This document shows, one piece after another, positions 1-12,486 of a stretch of 64,000 bases of DNA. The DNA comes from Eledone cirrhosa (lineage: Eukaryota). The first letter of the stretch is position 1. Each line of letters opens with the position of its first letter. The notes beneath the pieces are model-generated. The model ran no database searches. It was not told where the DNA came from and was given only the letters and a program-made list of their open reading frames with translations. The translations under genes were made by a program, and so were the position numbers. The DNA lies in NCBI GenBank assembly GCA_964016885.1, contig OZ024754.1, forward strand, positions 20,212,001 through 20,276,000, given 5' to 3'.

Positions 1-1260
1 TTCCATGATATAGTTACTTTAGTTTCAACACAGTCTCAGATCAAGTTACTTACCAGACATGTACAACTGTGGCTAAAATGACTCTTCCATGATATAGTTA
101 CTTTAGTTTCAACACAATCTCAGATCAAGTCACTTGCCAGACATATACAACTGTGGCTAAAATGACTCTTCCATGATATAGTTACTTTAGTTTCAACACA
201 ATCTCAGATCAGGTCACTTGCCAGACATGTACAACTGTGACTAAAATGACGCTTCCATGATATAGTTACTTTAGTTTCAACACAGTTTCAGATCAAGTCA
301 CTTGCCAGACATGTACAACTGTGGCTAAAATGACTCTTCCATGATATAGTTACTTTAGTTTCAACACAGTCACAGATCAAGTCACTTGCCAGACATGTAC
401 AACTGTGGATAAAATGACTCTTCCATGATATAGTTACTTTAGTTTCAACACAGTCACAGATCAAGTCACTTGCCAGACATGTACAATTGTGGCTAAAATG
501 ACTCTTCCGTGATATAGTTACTTTAGTTTCAACACAGTCTCAGATCAAGTCACTTGTCATACATGTACAACTGTGGCTAAAATGACTCTTCCATGATATA
601 GTTACTTTAGTTTCAACACAGTCTCAGATCAAGTCACTTGTCATACATGTACAACTGTGGCTAAAATGACTCTTCCGTGATATAGTTACTTTAGTTTCAA
701 CACAGTCTCAGATCAAGTCACTTGTCATACATGTACAACTGTGGCTAAAATGACTCTTCCATGATATAGTTACTTTAGTTTCAACACAGTCTCAGATCAA
801 GTCACTTGTCATACATGTACAACTGTGGCTAAAATGACTCTTCCATGATATAGTTACTTTAGTTTCAACACAGTCACAGATCAAGTCACTTGCCAGACAC
901 GTACAACTATGGCTACAATGACTCTTTCATGATATAGTTACTTTAGTTTCAACACAGTCTCAGATCAAGTCACTTGTCATACATATACAACTGTGGCTAA
1001 AATGACTCTTCCGTGATATAGTTACTTTAGTTTCAACACAGTCTCAGATCAAGTCACTTGTCATACATGTACAACTGTGGCTAAAATGACTCTTCCATGA
1101 TATAGTTACTTTAGTTTCAACACAGTCTCAGATCAAGTCACTTGTCATACATGTACAACTGTGGCTAAAATGACTCTTCCATGATATAGTTACTTTAGTT
1201 TCAACACAGTCACAGATCAAGTCACTTGCCAGACACGTACAACTATGGCTAAAATGACTC

Positions 1261-1335
1261 TTCCATGATATAGTTACTTTAGTTTCAACACAGTCTTAGA
1301 TCAAGTCACTTGCCAGACTGTGGCTAAAATGACTC
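1261..1335. repeat. 75-bp monomer variant (first of ~77 copies): 9-bp deletion plus linked C37T
   Basis: GCCAGACTGTGG replaces GCCAGACATGTACAACTGTGG and is accompanied by GTCTTA instead of GTCTCA. Recurs at ~2140, 2810, 4230 ... 63570. Confidence 0.95.
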
Positions 1336-2670
1336 TTCCATGATATAGTTACTTTAGTTTCAACACAGTCTCAGATCAAGTTACTTGCCAGACATGTACA
1401 ACTGTGGCTAAAATGACTCTTCCATGATATAGTTACTTTAGTTTCAACACAGTCTCAGATCCAGTCACCTGCCAGACATGTACAACTGTGGCTAAAATGA
1501 CTCTTCCATGATATAGTTACTTTAGTTTCAACACAGTCTCAGATCAAGTCACTTGCCAGACATGTAAAACTGTGGCTAAAATGACTCTTCCATGATATAG
1601 TTACTTTAGTTTCAACACAGTTTCAGATCAAGTCACTTGCCAGACATGTACAACTGTGGCTAAAATGACTCTTCCATGATATAGTTACTTTAGTTTCAAC
1701 ACAGTCACAGATCAAGTCACTTGCCAGACATGTACAACTATGGCTAAAATGACTCTTCCATGATATAGTTACTTTAGTTTCAACACAATCTCAGATCAAG
1801 TCACTTGCCAGACATGTACAACTGTGGATAAAATGACTCTTCCATGATATAGTTACTTTAGTTTCAACACAGTCACAGATCAAGTCACTTGCCAGACATG
1901 TACAACTATGGCTAAAATGACTCTTCCATGATATAGTTACTTTAGTTTCAACACAATCTCAGATCAAGTCACTTGTCATACATGTACAACTGTGGCTAAA
2001 ATGACTCTTCCGTGATATAGTTACTTTAGTTTCAACACAGTCACAGATCAAGTCACTTGCCAGACACGTACAACTGTGGCTAAAATGACTCTTCCATGAT
2101 ATAGTTACTTTAGTTTCAACACAGTCTTAGATCAAGTCACTTGCCAGACTGTGGCTAAAATGACTCTTCCATGATATAGTTACTTTAGTTTCAACATAGT
2201 CTCAGATCAAGCTACTTGCCAGACATGTACAACTGTGGCTAAAATGACTCTTCCATGATATAGTTACTTTAGTTTCAACACAATCTCAGATCAAGTGACT
2301 TGCCAGACATGTACAACTGTGGCTAAAATGATTCTTCCATGATATAGTTACTTTAGTTTCAACACAGTCTCCGATCAAGTCACTTGCCAGACATGTACAA
2401 CTGTGGCTAAAATGACTCTTCCATGATATAGTTACTTTAGTTTCAACACAGTCTCAGATCAAGTCACTTGCCAGACATGTACAACTGTGGGTAAAATGAC
2501 TCTTCCATGATATAGTTACTTTAGTTTCAACACAATCTCAGATCAGGTCACTTGCCAGACATGTACAACTGTGACTAAAATGACGCTTCCATGATATAGT
2601 TACTTTAGTTTCAACACAATCTCAGATCAAGTCGCTTGCCAGACATGTACAACTGTGGCTAAAATCGCTC

Positions 2671-2755
2671 TTCCATGATATAGTTACTTTAGTTTCAACA
2701 CAATCTCAGATCAAAGTCACTTGCCAGACATGTACAACTGTGGCTAAAATGACTC
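2671..2755. repeat. 85-bp monomer variant (first of ~22 copies): +A, GATCAAAGTC
   Basis: GATCAAAGTC instead of GATCAAGTC. In every copy inspected it is followed by the AATACTGTCTTAG 75-bp monomer. Confidence 0.93.
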
Positions 2756-5700
2756 TTCCATGATATAGTTACTTTAGTTTCAATACTGTCTTAGATCAAG
2801 TCACTTGCCAGACTGTGGCTAAAATGACTCTTCCATGATATAGTTACTTTAGTTTCAAAACAGTCTCAGATCAAGTCACTTGCCAGACATTTACATCTGT
2901 GGCTAAAATGACTCTTCCATGATATAGTTACTTTAGTTTCAACACAGTCTCAGATCAAGTCACTTGACAGACATGTACAACTGTGGCTAAAATGACTCTT
3001 CCATGATATAGTTACTATAGTTTCAACACAGTCTCAGATCAAGTCACTTGCCAGACATGTACAACTGTGGCTGAAATGACTCTTCCATGATATAGTTACT
3101 TTAGTTTCAACACAGTCTCAGATCAAGTCACTTGCCAGACATGTACAACTGTGGCTAAAATGACTCTTCCATGATATAGTTACTTTAGTTTCAACACAGT
3201 CACAGATGAGGTCACTTGCCAGACTTGTACAACTGTGGCTAAAATGACTCCTCCATGATATAGTTACTTTAGTTTCAACACAATCTCAGATCAGGTCACT
3301 TGCCAGACATGTACAACAGTGGCTAAAATGACTCTTCCATGATATAGTTACTTTAGTTTCAACACAGTTTCAGATCAAGTCACTTGCCAGACATATACAA
3401 CTGTGGCTAAAATGACTCTTCCATGATATATTTACTTTAGTTTCAACACAGTCACAGATCAAGTCACTTGCCAGACATGTACAACTGTGGCTAAAATGAC
3501 TCTTCCGTGATATAGTTACTTTAGTTTCAACACAGTCTCAGATCAAGTCACTTGTCATACATGTACAACTGTGGCTAAAATGACTCTTCCATGATATAGT
3601 TACTTTAGTTTCAACACAGTCTCAGATCAAGTTACTTGTCATACATGTACAACTGTGGCTAAAATGAATCTTCCGTGATATAGTTACTTTAGTTTCAACA
3701 CAGTCTCAGATCAAGTCACTTGTCATACATGTACAACTGTGGCTAAAATGACTCTTCCATGATATAGTTACTTTAGTTTCAACACAGTCTCAGATCAAGT
3801 CACTTGTCATACATGTACAACTGTGGCTAAAATGACTCTTCCATGATATAGTTACTTTAGTTTCAACACAGTCACAGATCAAGTCACTTGCCAGACACGT
3901 ACAACTATGGCTACAATGACTCTTTCATGATATAGTTACTTTAGTTTCAACACAGTCTCAGATCAAGTCACTTGTCATACATGTACAACTGTGGCTAAAA
4001 TGACTCTTCCGTGATATTGTTACTTTAGTTTCAACACAGTCTCAGATCAAGTCACTTGTCATACATGTACAACTGTGGCTAAAATGACTCTTCCATGATA
4101 TAGTTACTTTAGTTTCAACACAGTCACAGATCAAGTCACTTGCCAGACACGTACAACTATGGCTAAAATGACTCTTCCATGATATAGTTACTTTAGTTTC
4201 AACACAGTCTTAGATCAAGTCACTTGCCAGACTGTGGCTAAAATGACTCTTTCATGATATAGTTACTTTAGTTTCAACACAGTCTCAGATCAAGTTACTT
4301 GCCAGACATGTACAACTGTGGCTAAAATGACTCTTCCATTATATAGTTACTTTAGTTTCAACACAGTCTCAGATCAAGTCACCTGCCAGACATGTACAAC
4401 TGTGGCTAAAATGACTCTTCCATGAAATAGTTACTTTAGTTTCAACACAGTCTCAGATCAAGTCACTTGCCAGACATGTAAAACTGTGGCTAAAATGACT
4501 CTTCCATGATATAGTTACTTTAGTTTCAACACAGTTTCAGATCAAGTCACTTGCCAGACATGTACAACTGTGGCTAAAATGACTCTTCCATGATATAGTT
4601 ACTTTAGTTTCAACACAGTCACAGATCAAGTCACTTGCCAGACATGTACAACTATGGCTAAAATGACTCTTCCATGATATAGTTACTTTAGTTTCAACAC
4701 AATCTCAGATCAAGTCACTTGCCAGACATGTACAACTGTGGATAAAATGACTCTTCCATGATATAGTTACTTTAGTTTCAACACAGTCACAGATCAAGTC
4801 ACTTGCCAGACATGTACAACTGTGGTTAAAATGACTCTTCGGTGATATAGTTAATTTAGTTTCAACACAGTCTCAGATCAAGTCACTTGTCATACATGTA
4901 CAACTGTGGCTAAAATGACTCTTCCATGATATAGTTACTTTAGTTTCAACACAGTCACAGATCAAGTCACTTGCCAGACACGTACAACTGTGGCTAAAAT
5001 GACTCTTCCATGATATAGTTACTTTAGTTTCAACACAGTCTTAGATCAAGTCACTTCCCAGACTGTGGCTAAAATGACTCTTCCATGATATAGTTACTTT
5101 AGTTTCAACACAGTCTCAGATCAAGTTACTTGCCAGACATGTACAACTGTGGCTAAAATGACTCTTCCATGATATAGTTACTTTAGTTTCAACACAATCT
5201 CAGATCAAGTGACTTGCCAGACATGTACAACTGTGGCTAAAATGATTCTTCCATGATATAGTTACTTTAGTTTCAACACAGTCTCCGATCAAGTCACTTG
5301 CCAGACATGTACAACTGTGGCTAAAATGACTCTTCCATGATATAGTTACTTTAGTTTCAACACAGTCTCAGATCAAGTCACTTGCCAGACATGTACAACT
5401 GTGGGTAAAATGACTCTTCCATGATATAGTTACTTTAGTTTCAACACAATCTCAGATCAGGTCACTTGCCAGACATGTACAACTGTGACTAAAATGACGC
5501 TTCCATGATATAGTTACTTTAGTTTCAACACAATCTCAGATCAAGTCGCTTGCCAGACATGTACAACTGTGGCTAAAATCGCTCTTCCATGATATAGTTA
5601 CTTTAGTTTCAACACAATCTCAGATCAAAGTCACTTGCCAGACATGTACAACTGTGGCTAAAATGACTCTTCCATGATATAGTTACTTTAGTTTCAATAC

Positions 5701-6164
5701 TGTCTTAGATCAAGTCACTTGCCAGACTGTGGCTAAAATGACTCTTCCATGATATAGTTACTTTAGTTTCAAAACAGTCTCAGATCAAGTCACTTGCCAG
5801 ACATTTACATCTGTGGCTAAAATGACTCTTCCATGATATAGTTACTTTAGTTTCAACACAGTCTCAGATCAAGTCACTTGACAGACATGTACAACTGTGG
5901 CTAAAATGACTCTTCCATGATATAGTTACTATAGTTTCAACACAGTCTCAGATCAAGTCACTTGCCAGACATGTACAACTGTGGCTAAAATGACTCTTCC
6001 ATGATATAGTTACTTTAGTTTCAACACAGTCTCAGATCAAGTCACTTGCCAGACATGTACAACTGTGGCTAAAATGACTCTTCCATGATATAGTTACTTT
6101 AGTTTCAACACAGTCACAGATGAAGTCACTTGCCAGACATGTACAACTATGGCTAAAATTACTC

Positions 6165-8162
6165 TTCCATGATATAGTTACTTTAGTTTCAACACAATCT
6201 CAGATCAAGTCACTTGCCAGACATGTACAACTGTGGCTAAAATGACTCTTCCATGATATAGTTACTTTAGTTTCAACACAGTCACAGATCAAGTCACTTG
6301 CCAGACATGTACAACTGTGGCTAAAATGACTCTTCCGTGATATAGTTACTTTAGTTTCAACACAGTCTCAGATCAAGTCACTTGTCATACATGTACAACT
6401 GTGGCTAAAATGACTCTTCCATGATATAGTTACTTTAGTTTCAACACAGTCACAGATCAAGTCACTTGCCAGACACGTACAACTATGGCTAAAATGACTC
6501 TTCCATGATATAGTCACTTTAGTTTCAACACAATCTCAGATCAAGACACTTGCCAGACATGTACAACTGTGGCTAAAGTGACTCTTCCATGATATAGTTA
6601 CTTTAGTTTCAACACAGTCACAGATCAAGTCACTTGCCAGACATGTACAACTGTGGCTAAAATGACTCTTCCATGATATAGTTACTTTAGTTTCAACACA
6701 GTCACAGATCAAGTCACTTGCCAGACATGTACAACTGTGGCTAAAATGACTCTTCCATGATATAGTTACTTTAGTTTCAACACAGTCTCAGATCAGGGCA
6801 CTTGCCAAACATGTACAACTGTGGCTAAAATGACTCTTCCATGATATAGTTACTTTAGTTTCAACACAGTCTTAGATCAAGTCACTTGCCAGACTGTGGC
6901 TAAAATGACTCTTCCATGATATAGTTACTTTAGTTTCAACACAGTCTCAGATCAAGTTACTTACCAGACATGTACAACTGTGGGTAAAATGACTCTTCCA
7001 TGATATAGTTACTTTAGTTTCAACACAATCTCAGATCAGGTCACTTGCCAGACATGTACAACTGTGACTAAAATGACGCTTCCATGATATAGTTACTTTA
7101 GTTTCAACACAATCTCAGATCAAGTCGCTTGCCAGACATGTACAACTGTGGCTAAAATCGCTCTTCCATGATATAGTTACTTTAGTTTCAACACAATCTC
7201 AGATCAAGTCACTTGCCAGACATGTACAACTGTGGCTAAAATGACTCTTCCATGATATAGTTACTTTAGTTTCAACACAGTCACAGATCAAGTCACTTGC
7301 CAGACATGTACAACTGTGGCTAAAATGACTCTTCCGTGATATAGTTACTTTAGTTTCAACACAGTCTCAGATCAAGTCACTTGTCATACATGTACAACTG
7401 TGGCTAAAATGACTCTTCCATGATATAGTTACTTTAGTTTCAACACAGTCACAGATCAAGTCACTTGCCAGACACGTACAACTATAGCTAAAATGACTCT
7501 TCCATGATATAGTTACTTTAGTTTCAACACAATCTCAGATCAAGACACTTGCCAGACATGTACAACTGTGGCTAAAGTGACTCTTCCATGATATAGTTAC
7601 TTTAGTTTCAACACAGTCACAGATCAAGTCACTTGCCAGACATGTACAACTGTGGCTAAAATGACTCTTCCATGATATAGTTACTTTAGTTTCAACACAG
7701 TCACAGATCAAGTCACTTGCCAGACATGTACAACTGTGGCTAAAATGACTCTTCCATGATATAGTTACTTTAGTTTCAACACAGTCTCAGATCAGGGCAC
7801 ATGCCAAACATGTACAACTGTGGCTAAAATGACTCTTCCATGATATAGTTACTTTAGTTTCAACACAGTCTTAGATCAAGTCACTTGCCAGACTGTGGCT
7901 AAAATGACTCTTCCATGATATAGTTACTTTAGTTTCAACACAGTCTCAGATCAAGTTACTTACCAGACATGTACAACTGTGGGTAAAATGACTCTTCCAT
8001 GATATAGTTACTTTAGTTTCAACACAATCTCAGATCAGGTCACTTGCCAGACATGTACAACTGTGACTAAAATGACGCTTCCATGATATAGTTACTTTAG
8101 TTTCAACACAATCTCAGATCAAGTCGCTTGCCAGACATGTACAACTGTGGCTAAAATGACTC
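6165..8162. repeat. 12-monomer higher-order unit x2 (999 bp)
   Basis: The same order of 12 monomer types is repeated. TCAAGACACT occurs at 6541 and 7540; 12x84-9=999. Confidence 0.85.
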
Positions 8163-8826
8163 TTCCATGATATAGTTACTTTAGTTTCAACACAATCTCA
8201 GATCAAGTCACTTGCCAGACATGTACAACTGTGGCTAAAATGACTCTTCCATGATATAGTTACTTTAGTTTCAACACAGTCACAGATCAAGTCACTTGCC
8301 AGACATGTACAACTGTGGCTAAAATGACTCTTCCGTGATATAGTTACTTTAGTTTCAACACAATCTCAGATCAAAGTCACTTGCCAGACATGTACAACTA
8401 TGGCTAAAATGACTCTTCCATGATATAGTTACTTTAGTTTCAATACTGTCTTAGATCAAGTCACTTGCCAGACTGTGGCTAAAATGACTCTTCCATGATA
8501 TAGTTACTTTAGTTTCAAAACAGTCTCAGATCAAGTCACTTGCCAGACATTTACATCTGTGGCTAAAATGACTCTTCCATGATATAGTTACTTTAGTTTC
8601 AACACAGTCTCAGATCAAGTCACTTGCCAGACATGTACAACTGTGGCTTAAATGACTCTTCCATGATATAGTTACTATAGTTTCAACACAGTCTCAGATC
8701 AAGTCACTTGCCAGACATGTACAACTGTGGCTAAAATGACTCTTCCATATTATAGTTACTTTAGTTTCAACACAGTCTCAGATCAAGTCACTTGCCAGAC
8801 ATGTACAACTGTGGCTAAAATGACTC

Positions 8827-11800
8827 TTCCATGATATAGTTACTTTAGTTTCAACACAGTCACAGATGAAGTCACTTGCCAGACATGTACAACTGAGGCT
8901 AAAATGACTCTTCCATTATATAGTTACTTTAGTTTCAACACAATCTCACATCAAGTCACTTACCAGACATGTACAACAGTGGCTAAAATGACTCTTCCAT
9001 GATATAGTTACTTTAGTTTCAACACAGTTTCAGATCAAGTCACTTGCCAGACATGTACAACTGTGGCTAAGATGACTCTTCCATGATATAGTTACTTTAG
9101 TTTCAACACAGTCACAGATCAAGTCACTTGCCAGACATGTACAACTGTGGCTAAAATGACTCTTCCATGATATAGTTACTTTAGTTTCAACACAGTCACA
9201 GATCAAGTCACTTGCCAGACATGTACAACTGTGGCTAAAATGACTCTTCCGTGATATAGTTACTTTAGTTTCAACACAGTCTCAGATCAAGTCACTTGTC
9301 ATACATGTACAACTGTGGCTAAAATGACTCTTCCAAGATATAGTTACTTTAGTTTCAACACAGTCACAGATCAAGTCACTTGCCAGACACGTACAACTAT
9401 GGCTAAAATGACTCTTCCATGATATAGTTACTTTAGTTTCAACACAATCTCAGATCAAGACACTTGCCAGACATGTACAACTGTGGCTAAAGTGACTCTT
9501 CCATGATATAGTTACTTTAGTTTCAACACAGTCACAGATCAAGTCACTTGCCAGACATGTACAACTGTGGCTAAAATGACTCTTCCATGATATAGTTACT
9601 TTAGTTTCAACACAGTCACAGATCAAGTCACTTGCCAGACATGTACAACTGTGGCTAAAAGGACTCTTCCATGATATAGTTACTTTAGTTTCAACACAGT
9701 CTCAGATCAGGGCACTTGCCAAACATGTACAACTGTGGCTAAAATGACTCTTCCATGATATAGTTACTTTAGTTTCAACACAGTCTTAGATCAAGTCACT
9801 TGCCAGACTGTGGCTAAAATGACTCTTCCATGATATAGTTACTTTAGTTTCAACACAGTCTCAGATCAAGTTACTTACCAGACATGTACAACTGTGGCTA
9901 AAATGACTCTTCCATGATATAGTTACTTAAGTTTCAACACAATCTCAGATCAAGTCACTTGCCAGACATATACAACTGTGGCTAAAATGACTCTTCCATG
10001 ATATAGTTACTTTAGTTTCAACACAATCTCAGATCAGGTCACTTGCCAGACATGTACAACTGTGACTAAAATGACGCTTCCATGATATAGTTACTTTAGT
10101 TTCAACACAATCTCAGATCAAGTCGCTTGCCAGACATGTACAACTGTGGCTAAAATCGCTCTTCCATGATATAGTTACTTTAGTTTCAACACAATCTCAG
10201 ATCAAGTCACTTGCCAGACATGTACAACTGTGGCTAAAATGACTCTTCCATGATATAGTTACTTTAGTTTCAATACTGTCTTAGATCAAGTCACTTGCCA
10301 GACTGTGGCTAAAATGACTCTTCCATGATATAGTTACTTTAGTTTCAAAACAGTCTCAGATCAAGTCACTTGCCAGACATGTACAACTGTGGCTAAAATG
10401 ACTCTTCCATGATATAGTTACTTTAGTTTCAACACAGTCACAGATGAAGTCACTTGCCAGACATGTACAACTGAGGCTAAAATGACTCTTCCATTATATA
10501 GTTACTTTAGTTTCAACACAATCTCACATCAAGTCACTTACCAGACATGTACAACAGTGGCTAAAATGACTCTTCCATGATATAGTTACTTTAGTTTCAA
10601 CACAGTTTCAGATCAAGTCACTTGCCAGACATGTACAACTGTGGCTAAGATGACTCTTCCATGATATAGTTACTTTAGTTTCAACACAGTCACAGATCAA
10701 GTCACTTGCCAGACATGTACAACTGTGGCTAAAATGACTCTTCCATGATATAGTTACTTTAGTTTCAACACAGTCACAGATCAAGTCACTTGCCAGACAT
10801 GTACAACTGTGGCTAAAATGACTCTTCCGTGATATAGTTACTTTAGTTTCAACACAGTCTCAGATCAAGTCACTTGTCATACATGTACAACTGTGGCTAA
10901 AATGACTCTTCCAAGATATAGTTACTTTAGTTTCAACACAGTCACAGATCAAGTCACTTACCAGACACGTACAACTATGGCTAAAATGACTCTTCCATGA
11001 TATAGTTACTTTAGTTTCAACACAATCTCAGATCAAGACACTTGCCAGACATGTACAACTGTGGCTAAAGTGACTCTTCCATGATATAGTTACTTTAGTT
11101 TCAACACAGTCACAGATCAAGTCACTTGCCAGACATGTACAACTGTGGCTAAAATGACTCTTCCATGATATAGTTACTTTAGTTTCAACACAGTCACAGA
11201 TCAAGTCACTTGCCAGACATGTACAACTGTGGCTAAAAGGACTCTTCCATGATATAGTTACTTTAGTTTCAACACAGTCTCAGATCAGGGCACTTGCCAA
11301 ACATGTACAACTGTGGCTAAAATGACTCTTCCATGATATAGTTACTTTAGTTTCAACACAGTCTTAGATCAAGTCACTTGCCAGACTGTGGCTAAAATGA
11401 CTCTTCCATGATATAGTTACTTTAGTTTCAACACAGTCTCAGATCAAGTTACTTACCAGACATGTACAACTGTGGCTAAAATGACTCTTCCATGATATAG
11501 TTACTTAAGTTTCAACACAATCTCAGATCAAGTCACTTGCCAGACATATACAACTGTGGCTAAAATGACTCTTCCATGATATAGTTACTTTAGTTTCAAC
11601 ACAATCTCAGATCAGGTCACTTGCCAGACATGTACAACTGTGACTAAAATGACGCTTCCATGATATAGTTACTTTAGTTTCAACACAATCTCAGATCAAG
11701 TCGCTTGCCAGACATGTACAACTGTGGCTAAAATCGCTCTTCCATGATATAGTTACTTTAGTTTCAACACAATCTCAGATCAAGTCACTTGCCAGACATG

Positions 11801-11955
11801 TACAACTGTGGCTAAAATGACTCTTCCATGATATAGTTACTTTAGTTTCAATACTGTCTTAGATCAAGTCACTTGCCAGACTGTGGCTAAAATGACTCTT
11901 CCATGATATAGTTACTTTAGTTTCAAAACAGTCTCAGATCAAGTCACTTGCCAGA
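8827..11955. repeat. 19-monomer tandem duplication (1578 bp)
   Basis: Private markers TTCCAAGATA (9331/10909), AAAAGGACTC (~9660/~11238), ACTTAAGTT (~9925/~11503); 19x84-18=1578. Confidence 0.9.
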
Positions 11956-12486
11956 CATTTACATCTGTGGCTAAAATGACTCTTCCATGATATAGTTACT
12001 TTAGTTTCAACACAATCTCAGATCAAGTCACTTGCCAGACATGTACAACTGTGGCTAAAATGACTCTTCCATGATATAGTTACTTTAGTTTCAACACAAT
12101 CTCAGATCAAGTCACTTGCCAGACATGTACAACTGTGGCTAAAATGACTCTTCCATGATATAGTTACTTTAGTTTCAACACAGTCTCAGATCATGTCACT
12201 TGCCAGACATGTACAACTGTGGCTAAAATGACTCTTCCATGATATAGTTACTTTAGTTTCAACACAGTCACAGATGAAGTCACTTGCCAGACATGTACAA
12301 CTGAGGCTAAAGTGACTCTTCCATTATATAGTTACTTTAGTTTCAACACAATCTCACATCAAGTCACTTACCAGACATGTACAACAGTGGCTAAAATGAC
12401 TCTTCCATGATATAGTTACTTTAGTTTCAACACAGTTTCAGATCAAGTCACTTGCCAGACATGTACAACTGTGGCTAAGATGACTC

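Larger units (their letters stand above)
253..6100. repeat. Diverged tandem duplication of ~35-36 monomers (offsets 2998 then 2914 bp); boundaries approximate
   Basis: Paired private markers: GGCTACAATGACTCTTTC (911/3909), CATGTAAAAC (1561/4475), CCGATC (2371/5285), TTGACAGAC (~2965/~5880). Confidence 0.8.

Noticed and set aside
1-84. Tandem tRNA, 5S rRNA, snRNA or spliced-leader RNA genes
   Set aside because: I found no cloverleaf, no convincing A/B boxes and no recognisable 5S or SL motif on either strand, and there is no spacer between units.
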